Shown here one piece after another: positions 26,685-42,569 of a stretch of DNA of 64,000 bases. The DNA is from Octopus vulgaris. Lineage: Eukaryota. The stretch covers positions 84,754,001 to 84,818,000 of the forward strand of contig OX597820.1 of NCBI GenBank assembly GCA_951406725.2, given 5' to 3'. The position numbers and the translations under genes were made by a program. How positions within the stretch are numbered: the first letter of the stretch is position 1; the number at the start of each line of letters is the position of its first letter. Below the pieces are notes generated by a model. The model did no database searches and was not told the DNA's origin. It saw nothing but the letters and a program-made list of their open reading frames with translations.

Positions 26685-26732
<48 letters not shown>

Positions 26733-26741
26733 ATTGAATGT

Positions 26742-26910
26742 ATATATATATTATTCAAAGAAATTGCAACTCTGTTTTTTATGTTTTATTTGTATTCTTT
26801 ATAATATTAATGTAGAATTATTATATATTCTATATTCTACATTAATATCATAAAGAATATAGATAAAACATAAAAAACAGAATTGGAATTCCTTTGAATA
26901 ATATATATAT
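26742..26910. repeat. Imperfect ~170-bp AT-rich foldback
   Basis: TATTCAAAGAAATTGCAACTCTGTTTTT...ATTAATGTAGAA pairs with TTCTACATTAAT...AAAAACAGAATTGGAATTCCTTTGAATA. Confidence 0.8.
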
Positions 26911-26936
26911 CCCTGTATACTCAATCATACAAACCC

Positions 26937-27999
<1,063 letters not shown>

Positions 28000-28507
28000 A
28001 TACACACGAAAAGATATACATATGTTCGTCTAGTAGGTGAGGCATTAACTGTACATTGACCAACGGCCTAATTGAAGAGTATCGTCCAAAGTGAATTCGG
28101 CAAGCATAGGTATAAACAACAAAAAATGGATATTTTTGGAAACATGCAAATAAAATTCTTTGAAGGAAAAGTATATCAGAAAATGTGTGAAACTCTCTTG
28201 TTATCAATATGTATCAGAATATTTTTTTAATAGTATATGCATGTGTTTCTGATAACATTATAGAAAGCCAATGACGTCGAAAGTTCAAGAGACCGTGTGA
28301 CATAGCTTCTCTGACACAACGGGTGCGGGCCTATAATACACAAAAAAACCTTTTGTATAGTGTAATTTAGTCGAAAAATTATTAAACACAGAGTGTGATT
28401 TTACAGAAATGGTTAATTTGATTTATGAGCGATGTACAGGGAACAATGAGATATTAAATAAACATATAAAACCAGTGAAAACCACGACCCATGAACATTG
28501 TTTTGAG

Positions 28508-28565
<58 letters not shown>

Positions 28566-28640
28566 CAAAAATATTCGTCGAATTCATATCATCATCACAT
28601 TTTATCTGGATAGGCGATATTATAAAATTTCTTAAGGAGA

Positions 28641-28820
28641 GGAGCTGGCTGAATAGTTGGCCCGACGGCAAAATGCTCCGGTAGAAAGTGTTTTCCAGGG
28701 CGACACTGCTTTCCATCCTTTCAGGCCCGTTAAAAGAAGTACGAGTTGAATGCTGTGGTCTATGTAAACGAGTTAACCCCACTCCAAACGTGCTGGCATT
28801 ATGCCAAAATTTGAAACCGA
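28641..28820 (+). mobile_element. SINE family C, diverged copy
   Basis: GGAGCTGGCTGAATAGTTGG...AAAATGCT...TGCCAAAATTTGAAACC. Confidence 0.5.
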
Positions 28821-28894
28821 CGCAATAGGAAGTTTCAATTCAATATTTTTACAGAAACATACGTATGTTTTGTTTTGTTCCTTCTCAAACCATG

Positions 28895-29062
28895 TCTGGC
28901 TCATAAGGGGCGGTTTCGCGGTTTCCTTGGCGTATAGGTTCCCCACCTGGACGGGTCACCGGTGGGCTGCAATATGCAGGAGGAAAGAGTGAGAGAAATT
29001 TGTGGCGAAAGAGTCAGCAGAAGTTCGCCATTACCTTCTGCCGGAGCCGCGTGGAGCTTAGT
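28895..29062 (-). mobile_element. SINE family B-related fragment
   Basis: GAGTGAGAGAAATTTGTGGCGAAAGAGTCAGCAGAAGTTCGCC...TGCCGGAGCCGCGTGGAGC matches 38029-38100, but the 3' portion differs. Confidence 0.65.
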
Positions 29063-29429
29063 TGATAGGTACGTATGCATGTTTATATGCCGGCATGTAG
29101 ATATATATATAAAAGAGATACATAGCAGTAACAATAAAAGATGACCACAAAGATATACATATCATTTTAATGAAAATACACTACGTGAGATTTCTATATT
29201 AACATCGTGATGGCCAAAGTTTTAAATAAGTTTGTTACCAACGTTTTTTAAAAATATTTAAACTTACAAGTTGTGTAATGTACAAGAGAAAATTAGTTTC
29301 ATGACTCTGATACTACCGGAGGACGAAATCTTTAAACACATAAACATGAAATTGACGATAATGGTTTCTTTCCACAACGTATCCAATTAAAGTAGTTAAT
29401 ACAATTATACTGGCATAATAATTACCAAA

Positions 29430-30290
<861 letters not shown>

Positions 30291-30408
30291 AAAAAACATA
30301 TATATATGTACATATATATATATATAAACAATGTGCTCAAGAAAATTTAGCAAACACCAGAACGTAAGCGACCAAAACAAGTGAAAAGTAACAAAAATGT
30401 AGATTAAC

Positions 30409-30478
30409 CATAAACATGTATCGCTATCAACAGTTGCGTAATTTTACAAACGCAATTTCTCCGTAGATATTCAGTATG
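30409..30478 (-). ncRNA. Decayed HHR-like motif
   Basis: Minus strand reads CATA-CTGAATA-[TTGCGT/ACGCAA stem]-GATA-CATG-TT-TATG. Two core substitutions, palindromic ACATGT. Confidence 0.35.
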
Positions 30479-30986
30479 TTCGTCCTTACAAATATTATAT
30501 GCAGAACTATACACGAGACGTCCGCATGAAGTTGGAGGTGTATATAGTTCTACCTGTTACACTTGTGGTTATTTTTTAAATGTTCTCCTTTTTGCGCGCT
30601 AAAATACCGGGAATAATACTGCAGAAAATAATTCTCAGCAGTGGCATTTGCCGGTTAGAGAACGCATTTATTTAAATTTAAATTTAAAATGAGGTTGAAA
30701 AAAGGGATATTAATTTGATTAACATCAATTTAAAAACCATAATATCCTTGATGTTAATCAAATTAATATCCATTTTTCATTTATATCCATTGCACACGGC
30801 TATCTATATACATACATACACTCAAATATATATATTTGAGATGCAGCACGGATTTTTGTCAGTGAACAGGTTGTGGTCTTATAGCGACGAAAATATTTTG
30901 ACGAATTAAACTTAAATGTTGAAGTGAATAGAACGGCTTTTGTATGTTTCTTAAATGGCTTACATACACCTTCCACGCTGAAATTG

Positions 30987-31026
<40 letters not shown>

Positions 31027-31640
31027 TTTTCCTTGGTGTTGGCCAGATTGGAGCCATCACGAGTATAACCAGCCGAAATTGCAAGTATAATCTGGAACTC
31101 GACTGAGGATAGAAAACTCCGAATGACCCGTCCTTGGATTCCTTGTATCGTCTGTCTGAATATTTTGTCTTCCTGATTTTGTTTCAAAATACAAAAATGG
31201 GTCAAGAACGCAAAACATCCAGACAGTTAGGTGAAACAAAATAAGGAAGACTAAATATTTAGACAGACGATACAACGAAAACAAGGACGGATCATTCGGA
31301 GTTTTCTTTCCTCAGTCGAGCTCCAGATTCTCTTTGCAATTTCGGCTGGTTATACTCGCGATGGCTCCAATCTTGACAGCCCTAAGGAAAAGTTAGCTAC
31401 GAATATTACATTCCGGCGAATGTATACGAAACAAGGACGGAAAAAAAACATAAATGTTACACTCGAGTATAACCAGCCGAAATTGCAAAGATAATCTGGA
31501 ACTGGACTAAGGATAAAAAAATCCGAATGATCCCTCCTTGTTTTCCTTGTATCGTCTGTCTGGATATTTTGATTTTATTCTTTTGTTTCACCAAACTGTT
31601 TGGATGCTTTGCCTTCTTGTCCCATTTTTGTATTTTTATA
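31027..31640. repeat. (TA)n-embedded element with three copies of a ~160-210-bp unit (+,-,+)
   Basis: CGAGTATAACCAGCCGAAATTGCAA occurs at ~31060 and ~31463 and as the reverse complement at ~31335-31359. It forms a foldback over 31027-31393. Confidence 0.85.
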
Positions 31641-31688
31641 TATATGATATAGCGGCGTACTTACACTTTGTTCGATTATATATATTTA

Positions 31689-31733
<45 letters not shown>

Positions 31734-32078
31734 CCTAGAATTTGGCAAGTGACATTTGAGATCATAATACCCTCGGTGCAAAGTTTACCTCACCAAAACT
31801 CTTCACGTCATGTTTCTCGTGTACACTCAGCAGTGAGTGGGTAATCGTGCAATTGTTTTGCTGACAGAGATAGTAATGGGTTTGTGTACGTGCGTGTGTG
31901 CATAGACTTTGCGTCCGAAACTTTGTACTTTGTGTCAGTTTTTGTCCCCATCACTAACTGATAATCCTTGTTGGTTTGTTTACGGCCCTGAAAATTTATA
32001 TGAATATGTGTATATATACATATATATATATATAGAGAGAGAGAGAGATATAAATAGACAGATATATATATATATATA

Positions 32079-32133
<55 letters not shown>

Positions 32134-32332
32134 GCACAAATAAATATATTCATATACATTTATTCATAAATTCATACATTCACACCTATGTGTGTGTGTG
32201 TATGAAAAGATTGAAATCTATTTAATCCTTAACTTTGGAGGGTTCCAAAGGGCAATTGCTAGCAAAGATTCTTCTCATTTTGCTGGTAGCTTACTGGCGT
32301 AAGATTTTTGCGAATATGACAATATTACATGT

Positions 32333-33352
32333 ATATGGTGCGTTATGAGAATTTATGGAAAGGTTTCCTATAGAAACTAAAGAAATTTGTTAAAGATGTA
32401 GACGGGAAGATGTTAATATTCGAAAGAATTTTAATACATACTTACGATCGTTACAAACAGCAATATTAACATTTAAATTCATGGTAGAATAATTAAAATT
32501 AATTTGATTTAATTAAATTAATCACATATCACTGTTCTCCTCAGTGGAATACGAAATATATATATATACATATACATCGGTGGTATGAAGAAGTCTATTA
32601 AATTAAGAATAAATAACCATAGATCTTCCTTTAATGGCCCTAGAAAAGCGAATAGCACAGGTATATCTCAAGAAAAATTGGCAACTCAAAGAAACAAAAT
32701 AGATTACTCAATATCTTGCAAAATCCTATCTTCAGCCCCATCTTATAGATATAATAAGACAATTTGTAGGTTAAGTCTGGAAGAAATTTATAATATAATG
32801 AGAATGAATAGTCTTCTTGTTAATACTAGGAATGAGAAAGTGTTTTTCATGTAAACACATGTCTAAATTCCTGTTAATTAATCTTAATTTTAATATCATT
32901 TCTCTTTCTAATATCTCTATATATTAACTCTTTCTATGGAATTCTATTATTAATAATCAAATACTCTGCACATCACTTTATCTTACAGTATATATATTTA
33001 TGAGTTAACAATCCCCTCTTATATTTACATGACCCGCCTCATATCGGGCTAATATTTTCTCCAAATCTCCATAAATCTCCCTTTCTCTCAATATAATCTT
33101 ATATCGTACCTTCGAATATAATATCTCTTTCTTTTCTGCAATTTATTTAAATTGCAAAAGATACACTTAACTCTCCTCACTAGCATATTCCAATTAATAT
33201 TGTTTAATGTTATTGGCCAATCTATCTGATATTTAATTACAGCTTACAGCTGATATATGCAAACTCACATGACACTCATTTGTGCCAAACAATGGGGGCA
33301 TACATAGATATCAATATTATTTGTCATTATGTGTGTACAACAATTTTATTTA

Positions 33353-33411
<59 letters not shown>

Positions 33412-34794
33412 GTGTGTAATTATTAACTATATTTTATCACCAATTAGTATTTTTATATAAACGTGTGCACATATACGTATGTCCACCCACACAAGCATAC
33501 ATATACATATGTATATACATATACACCACTATATGGACATACATATAAATAAATATGTATGTATTAATGTATATTTGTATATAACGTGTTTTATTTGTGT
33601 GGGTAATTATAATTATATCAAGATCCATTTGGCTTTTTCGTCTCTTTGCACTGGTATAAGTATACTTATTTTTCTTTTGCGGTGTTCTTTCTTTCATATA
33701 CACGCTCAAATAAAACAACTTACAAGATAGCTAGAATATGTAATTCCATGTATACTATTTCTAGATATGTTCTCTGCAAATGAATCAGTGCACACTACAA
33801 AAATGTTTCCCATTATAAGATTTCTTTTTATATATATAAATTATTTGTGTATATTTCAGTATACATATGTGCACCCAATGATCCACATATAAATAAAATT
33901 GTTTTTCTTATATTCACATTGCACAATAACCTTATATTAGTGAAGCACTCATTACTTACATAATATAACTCTATACTTCCCTCTCCCTTTATGCCAAGTT
34001 AGATGCTTAACTCACATTTTTATTTCTACATAAACATAGTCAACCAACTAAATATCGATAATTACAATTTAAAGAATATTTATTACATTTTCCTATCTTT
34101 ATTATCTCCCTACATTGTTTATTTTCAGTCTTACAATATCTATTATTCTCCCGAACGTTGTTTTAATGTTTATAGCCACAGGAAGTACTTACTATCTTAA
34201 TTCTGTAATATTAGCAACTGATTTTACTATTTTTTTTATATTTTACATTGCATTTAATACACACAAATGAATATAGGTTCCAACACTATCACATTTCCAT
34301 TATATGATAGCTCTTGAAGTATTTCTACTAACTCTTATTCTCGTTTCATTCTAGCAGCCTAATATATAACTATATTCACTAGTTTAATTTCATTCTCACA
34401 ATAAAAGAAAAATTAAATATACACCATACCCAATATTACTTATAACTGTGAAGTCATATCTTAAGTGAGACATAACATTTTTCTCCCATATATTCAAATA
34501 ACCGTTAGTTTTAGTTTATACTCAATAACCCTATTTCCTTCATCACGTCTTCTGTAATAATGTTCTTTTTGTGCGTTATACTTCTTGCACTGGGAAGAAT
34601 ATGGAATTAATTTAATTTAATCAAATCAATTTTAGTTATTATACCATGTCTTTACAGGTTAATATCGCTGTTTGAAACGATCGTTCGCTTGTACGAAAAT
34701 TCTTTCACATTTTAACATAATTTCTTCTGCATTTTTAACAAATTCGTTGAGTTTTTTTAGTATACCATTCCATATATTCCCATAACTCACTATA

Positions 34795-34797
<3 letters not shown>
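32333..34797 (+). mobile_element. Old, strongly 5'-truncated Penelope-like element with inverted pLTRs
   Basis: 32570-32860 reads YIGGMKKSIKLRINNHRSSF...CKILSSAPSY...CRLSLEE...LVNTRNE (GIY-YIG C-terminus). 32333-32522 is a diverged reverse complement of 34606-34797. Confidence 0.75.
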
Positions 34798-34870
<73 letters not shown>

Positions 34871-34903
34871 GTTATTATTATTATTATTATTATTATTAGT
34901 ATA

Positions 34904-34948
<45 letters not shown>

Positions 34949-36060
34949 TCTGTATATATACTGTATATAAATATATATATGCGCTTTCGCGCGCGAACAT
35001 ATATCTATATGTGTGTGTGCGTGTGTGTGATTGTGTGTAAAATCTGTTTAGTGGAATTTTAATAGATTTGAATATTTTAGCACCATAATGTTTTAATTAT
35101 TAGTAACCATTGTTTGAAACCACGTTTTAAACCATTTTATATTTGTATTTTAATACGTTGGCATTTATATCATTTAGTAACGCTAAGTATTTTTTGTGTC
35201 TAATTTATGTTGTGACTAAACGTTCAATGATGGTCATAGTTACTATGTCTATATTTCTCTGTGTTGAAACATGGGAATTAAAGATGTTTACGTATAGTGA
35301 CTCACAAACAGACGTATGTGTTTATGCGTGTTTTGTGTATATGTGTGTGTTTTGGATTTCTCTTCCGCCTATGAGTTCCTGTTTTTGTGTATGTGTACAA
35401 GAATCGAGAATATGACAATATTGTGAATACGTCAAGGCAATATATTGTATAAGATTAAAATGGGAAATCTCAAAATAAATCTAAATAGCATGAGCGAATA
35501 AAAATATGTGCATTTTCATGAAGAAAACGTTAAACTCATTTAGCTCTTGTTAAGATTCATAGGAGTATAGAAAAATGTTTTAAAAATCCAAATCTGAAGA
35601 AGACTTCTAGAATTGATTCAGCTACTAATCTAGTATTTAACATCATTTTTCATTTAAATGGTTTCTTTGTGGTAATATTTAGCGATGTTATGAACTGAGT
35701 GTAAATAGAAGACCGGGGATATAAATCACATAATAACCAAAGAGATTGGACTTGTGCTCTATTATTAAAGCTAATAAAGTTGATTATAGACCAGGAATCG
35801 GCGAGAAATATCAGGGCAAATAGTTGATTCCAATTGTTCGTCAAGAGAATAAGTTATACCAATCAAAATACTTAAATGTTCTAATGTGGATATATTTCAA
35901 TCAAGACAATAGAATTTGATCCACGAGTGAAGGCGAAATCAAAAACGTGAAATGAATAGAATAATTGTATAGATGAAGTGAGTTCAGCGTATATAATACG
36001 CACACACGCACACCTACACACACGAATACACTCATAAATGCATAAACATATCACACTTTC

Positions 36061-36177
<117 letters not shown>

Positions 36178-36528
36178 ATATTTCATATTACACAGACATA
36201 TGCGCATCATTCATATAAATGTACATACACAAACATACATACTGACACAAACACACATATATGTATATATATAGAAAGAGAGAGTTAGGCAGATAGATAA
36301 ATTCATAGATAGATAGATAAACAAAGAGAGAGTGGGAGAAAGATAAGTTCAATTAATTTACTTAGTTCACATGGAGTGTCAATGGGATTGTATATCGAAT
36401 TGGAATTTCGTTCTGCGAGGAAGCCAAATAGATTTAGGTGACAGGTTGTAAATTATATAATACGTGCATTGATAGAAATTTAGACAGATGCAAGTGCTCA
36501 CAATTTCACACACGTATATACTTACATA

Positions 36529-36618
<90 letters not shown>

Positions 36619-37821
36619 AGTGTGTGTGTGTATGTGTGTGTGTGTGTTACCTCGTCAGTTTTAAAGTGTGTACATAGATGTAATGAAATATTGGAATGCA
36701 TGTATTTTAAATATACACTATATAATATAATCGACTTACATGTATGTAGGTAGATATTCATGGAAGTGTGCAAGTGTTCGAATGTGTGCATATATATGTA
36801 TGTATGTATTTATGCATGTATGCATGTCGGCATATGCGTGCGTCTGTTATGGAGAATAATTTTTTTTTCAAGAAGCACAGTAGATCCATATAGATATATT
36901 GCGTGTATATTTAATGCCCGATACACCTCTTGCCCATCTACAAACTTTCTGCAACTTACCGCTTCATCATTTTGTTCTGCATATTACAGGTCCTCAGGAC
37001 GTCTTATTATAAATAACAGTAATCTACAACGGTTCGTATAGAAAGAAACGAATACCTCCATGTTAAATGGATTGCAGCTGTCTCTAAACTTAATCGAATT
37101 TAATGACAGTTATCACAGTGAGTATTTCTATGAATTCTATGATTTAAAAAGTTGCATATTCTAGACATGATTCATACTGGATCTGCAATCTGAAAAATCT
37201 AACGGATTGACTCGTCTTTAATAATTTTTTTAATCACCGGCCTATAATCAACTTTTATGTGAACGAATAACGAATTATACTGATAAATAGAGCGTAGACA
37301 CACTCATAATTTGCATTATTTCTGTATAGAATAATGTGTATTATAATGTAGTAATATATTTTCATAATCAATCAAATTAGGTTCTGTATGCCTTTAGATC
37401 AAAGCTGGGCTTGAAATGTTGGGTTTTCGAATGAGCTAATTTGCTTGCATTTTATACAAAGCAGATTTGGATATTTCCCTTAATAGTTGTCTATAATAAC
37501 TGTCCATAAGGTTGTCTAAGAAATACGTTTTCTCTGTGTAGTAATACGTTTTTGAATCAGTATTTCTTTTATTGTTTTGGTGATGTCCATTAATGGACAT
37601 CACCAATCATACAGATCCATTGGTAAATAGATTATAGATTTGACTGACTTCTGGACATCCTTCGTTTCCAGTGAATTTTTTCAAGTTTCAGTCACTAATT
37701 GTATAGGCTATTTCTAGCATATAATTCGAATGTATACGGATACATACATGAGACATGCTGAGCTGTTACTCTTTGTGATCGATCTTTTTTTTTTTTGTAA
37801 ATAATGTTATCATCATGTTTA

Positions 37822-38208
37822 GTACTCGTGACACTCCATCGTTTTCAACGACGAGGGTTCCAGTTGATCCGATCAACAGAACAGCCTGATCTTGAAATTA
37901 ACGTGCAAGTGCCTGAGCACTTCACAGACAAGTGTACCCTTTACGTAGTTTTCGGGGAGATTCAGTGTGACACAGAGTGTGACAAGGCTGGCCGTTTGAA
38001 ATACAGGTACAACAGAAACATGGAGAGAGAGTGAGAGAAAGTTGTGGTGAAAGAGTACAGCAGGGTTCGCCACCACCTCCTGCCGGAGCCTCGTGGAGTT
38101 CTAGGTGTTTTCGCTCAATAAACACTTACAACGTACTGTCTGGTAATCGAAACCGCGATCCTACGACCGCGAAACCGCTGCCTTAACCACTGGGTCATTG
38201 CGCCACCA
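37822..38208 (-). mobile_element. tRNA-derived SINE family B, near full length
   Basis: Minus-strand head GGCGCAATGACCCAGTGGTTAAGGCAGCGG...GGTTTCGATTACC (A/B boxes), followed by a non-tRNA body and tail. Confidence 0.8.
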
Positions 38209-38479
38209 ATGTTTAGTAATATCGACTAGAAAAATGGCAGGCATACTGATATCCACAGAATTACATGTGTTCTTCCAGATATTTCCTCCCACCGTCTAAC
38301 TGAAATGAATAATTCTTATTCCGATATAGCAGGAACATATTTCAATGTGTGTTTTGTGTTAATCGAGACACATTGTCCATTTTTAATAATGTTTACCGGC
38401 TCTACGGTTCCGAGAGCTGTCAAGAAACTTTCCAGCCTATCGAGATATGTTTGTATTTAATTCTACATTGGTTTCAAAT

Positions 38480-38685
38480 TTTAGTACAATGTCATCAATT
38501 TCGGAAGAGGTATTAATTCAATTACACCGGTCCCATTATTGAACTTCCATTTATTTGTTCGATCCCGGGAGAAGGAAAGGCCAAGTCGACCCCGGTGGCA
38601 TTTGAACTCAGGACCTAAAGATAGGCAAAATGCTACTAGACATTTTACCAGACATGCTAACGATTCTAATGACTCGCTGCCATAC
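38480..38685 (-). mobile_element. SINE family C copy
   Basis: AAGGCCAAGTCGACCCCGGTGGCATTTGAACTCAGGAC...GCTAACGATTCT is the reverse complement of the 11320 motif. Confidence 0.65.
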
Positions 38686-39624
38686 AAGTTTAATATAATA
38701 TTAGTAATTCTATTATACACTTGTGGCATATTCGATGTAATATTCGTGGGTAGTAACACGCTCTTAGAAAACAGATGCTCCTCACGAGTAATTATCGGTA
38801 CATTTTATCAAATCATACTCTTGGTTAAGACACTTTTTGTTAAACCTTCTTTATGTCATCTGTTGGAATTAGCGTTTTAGATATGTATTACCTGGGCTAT
38901 AAAATGTGCTTCATAAGTCCCAAAGAGACGACGGTGTGGAATGTGTACTCAATAATCTACAACGTACTTGTGCATGTTGACTGGTGAGGCGTCGGATATT
39001 ACATTCTAAACTGAAGCTTTACTACATATGTATCACCCAGCACAGTTATTAAGAGAAATGAAGCTAATCATGCAGTTCGAGTTTCAATGCAATGGTGAAG
39101 TCTTTTAAGTTTTGCGTGAAGTGAACAAGTTTATTTCTCTCCATGCGCTCCTCCCACCACACCACTGCTATTTTTCAAACTAACTACTCAATTTAATTAA
39201 CGTACTTACATTATTACACGTTTCCTCTTTGGATACCAGAATACTATTTTGGAAATATTTGACGATACTGCACATGGTTACTTTGTCAGTGTCTTCACTG
39301 CAGTTTGACCGGCATGACGCTTATTTTTCTTGGCAACGTGCCTTGTGAATGTTGCATTTATGCATTCTTGACAACATAAATGCGTTAATGTGTATCATTG
39401 TAAAATATTAAGCATTCATGTATAAGAGTGCGAAGAGACACCAGGCTGAAACTACGGAAAAATCTGATATTGTTTGAGGCAAATACAACTGCTTTTCTCG
39501 AACGTTTCCTAACTCAGAGTGACTTGTGTGTTCGTCACATTCAACAAACGAAATCTTTACTGACTAAAAGGTAATTGCAAATTTAGTTATACCTGTTGTT
39601 CATAGGGACATTGGGTCAGCCTAA

Positions 39625-39765
39625 TCACATTCTGGGCGACGCTGATTCTCCTTGAAAACAACGTATACGTATATCTGTGTAATGCACAGCCACTTGCACG
39701 TTAATTTCACGAGCAGGCTGTTTCGTTGAACGGAACATGAACAGCACTCTTCGTTGTAACTGACG
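39625..39765 (+). mobile_element. SINE family B 3' fragment
   Basis: CACTTGCACGTTAATTTCACGAGCAGGCTGTTTCGTTGA is the reverse complement of 37873-37911. Confidence 0.65.
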
Positions 39766-40499
39766 TAGTACTATTTTGTTTTGAAACTTGGTCCTGAAAG
39801 AAAACTGTAGATAAATAGAATCAATAATAAAAATGTTATGCGTCCGCAAAATTTCGGCTTCGTATTCGGTTGACAGTAAATGAGTTTTCTTGCGCTAAAT
39901 CACCTTCTGCGGTCATTCTATTTCTCCCTCTCGCACATTCATACGCACATACACACATATACCTTCCTCTACCTTCCATATACTAACATCCATGTCAACA
40001 CATTCGACGCATGTCTCAATACTCACTCAGTATTCATACAATTTATGCACAGAATATGCATACATATACCTGATTATCGTACCCTTGGACATATCAACAC
40101 GCAAACACATATATGTTTACACTCATATACGCAGTTACAAACATATACGCAAGGAGAAAATGCGTGTACATCATTTCTAAGAGTCTCCATTCCCTACTTA
40201 CATTTACATACAAAGACATACTTATGCATAATTCAAAACCATCTCCAAATTTATTTCTTTTCTTCCCCTAGAAACTAGCAACTCAATTCTATTCACGTCC
40301 TTTCTAAAATACCAACACGTTTCCACTTTGAATACTAGAATTCATTGTCTTACCCTTCATTTCTTTTACTTCTTATAGCTTGACAAAGGGCAGCTGTTGG
40401 CATTGACTATTTTTCTTCTACGATTTGCTAGGAAGAAAAGCAGGCGCTCAAATTGCAGGATTCCGAATTTAAACTCAGCTCTTAGACTATCATCATTTC

Positions 40500-41450
40500 C
40501 ACATAAGACTTGTGTTTTTCATAACTTAAGCAAACTTTTCAATAAAGAAACAAGATGCAATCTCAAATATTGTCATGAAACATCTTACATATCCAGATGT
40601 TCACAACTTTAGTGAATGGTTTCCATCTTAGTTTTACCGCATTAAGTTCGGCCACAATTTACCAAATTTGTAACGAAGTCGGATCTTCTAGAGGCGTTTT
40701 ATTCATGTTGATAAAGATTCCTCATTAAATGATTTTCTGTAATGTTTTCATTGTATCCGTACATATTTGGATTAAATGTTCTTTCTTGCACATGAATGTA
40801 TCTTTGGTTCAAAGTGTGTAGGGAAGAATGAATAGCGATATCGTCAGTATATAAGTGGATGAACTTATAGGGAAAGTTGGTGGTTTAAAGGGTAAAGTTA
40901 AATCAGGATAATTTCCATGAGCAAATATCTCAACATTTTAATCTGATCAGAAGCTACCGATCTTCAAGAGGATCTAATGAAATCTTTAACGAAATTGCTT
41001 ACTAAGAGAATTCGTGTCAAGAGAAGAGAATAAATTCAGACAAATTTCTTGAGGAAGTGAATTACGTTGCTACTGATATGAAGACTATATCCCAGTAAAT
41101 ATGGTGTTAAGAAAGCCCTATTGGTTGTCAGGAAAGGAAGAATAGTAACTGTGATATACTAGTTAAATGTCGTCTTGTTTTTGTAAGAGAGGGCAATTTC
41201 ATACGAGCGTTGTAGGTCACAATAATTGTCAGGACATCTGCAGCACGGCTACAAATGTAGTGTAAACAAGCTGGGGTTTTTGAAATAAAAGCACTGGTTA
41301 CGGGTGGACCGTCGATGGCCATGCTTACTATTATCAGAGGAGATGCAGTGGTTTTGTTAAGTTTAAAGTTGTATCAGTTGTTTGACGTGACAGAATATCT
41401 GTTATAGATCAATGTAATTCATAAAAGTAACTGATTAAATGATTTTATGA
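40500..41450 (-). mobile_element. Highly degenerate non-LTR (CR1/Jockey-like) RT remnant
   Basis: Minus-strand HLYTDDIAIHSS (YADD-type motif, ~40823-40858) and DNQ*GF (cf. DxQYGFR) near 41112-41130. Confidence 0.5.
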
Positions 41451-42569
41451 ATCACGTTTACTCTACGGACGGATTGCATACGAAATCAGTATGAGTGTCA
41501 TGATAATTTGCCCGTGTTGAGATAACATAGGTGATGATTTTAAGGGGGCTAAGGCGAGGCGTGTGTTCTTGATGTTGGAAAATATATTGGTTGAGTAAAT
41601 GAACGTTTTATGATTGATAAGCTGATACGAGTGGAGTCAATCTATGCATACGCTGAGGCTTGTATATAGATTTTAGATGTATCAGAGACAGACATATATA
41701 CAGATAGGTAAATATACAGATAAATATATTGATAAATAGAGAGAGAGAGAGACATTTGGGTTATAGAAACATGAGGAGAAAAAAACTGGAGATAGTCAAC
41801 GGCTTATAATTACTCTCCTCCATTAACATTTGTGAACTGGGAAATCAATGAAGCAATTTATAAATAGATTTAATAATTATAATTACTTTTCGATTATTTG
41901 TTTTGTTGTTTTTTTTTTCCTCACGTGTGTTTGTGATTGATATCGACAATTTATTTTTTTCTGCGTTGAATATTTCAAATGTTCACAATAGAGGGATGAA
42001 GATCCAGTTCATAATTTAGAAATGCATGAGTAATTATGATAGTCTACTGTGCAATGTTAGTTGCTGCTTTTGTTGTCGTTGTTCAGACCCGTAGAACCCT
42101 CCGAATAACAAGAGATGTAATAAAATAAATAATCCCTACATTGGTATATATATATAGAGAGAGAGCGGCATTGCTCATGGTATGTTTGGCGTGGGACTTA
42201 GAAACACTTGGTCCTTATTCCTCCAAGTCATGGGATCAGCTGTATGCCCACTCGTTTGTAAACATTAGCCTTCATCTGTGATTCATCCCAAATAAAGAAG
42301 TTTATGTCAACTGAAGAGTTGTTCTTTGAACTTGTGTGCCAAAAATTATATTAAATAATGTATTAAATAATGTATATTTCATCATGAAACAATATAGAAT
42401 AGGAAATATGTTACCTGTTTCTAGCAATAAGGGTCAACATATGTAAATCACTGTACATAAATTGTATCATTACTAAGTTGAACTGCTATTGTTATTCACG
42501 GAGATGGGCACTTGATTACTTTGAATTTTAACCAGTAATTCATTAGTCTAATACTAAGATGCTCGTTAG

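Noticed and set aside
31100-31140. Hammerhead at CTGAGGA...CCGAATGACCCGTC
   Set aside because: Helix I and helix II could not be paired convincingly, and GAAA is absent in all three copies.
38130-38208. tRNA gene on the minus strand
   Set aside because: It has A/B boxes but no clean cloverleaf or acceptor stem, and it continues into a repeated SINE body.
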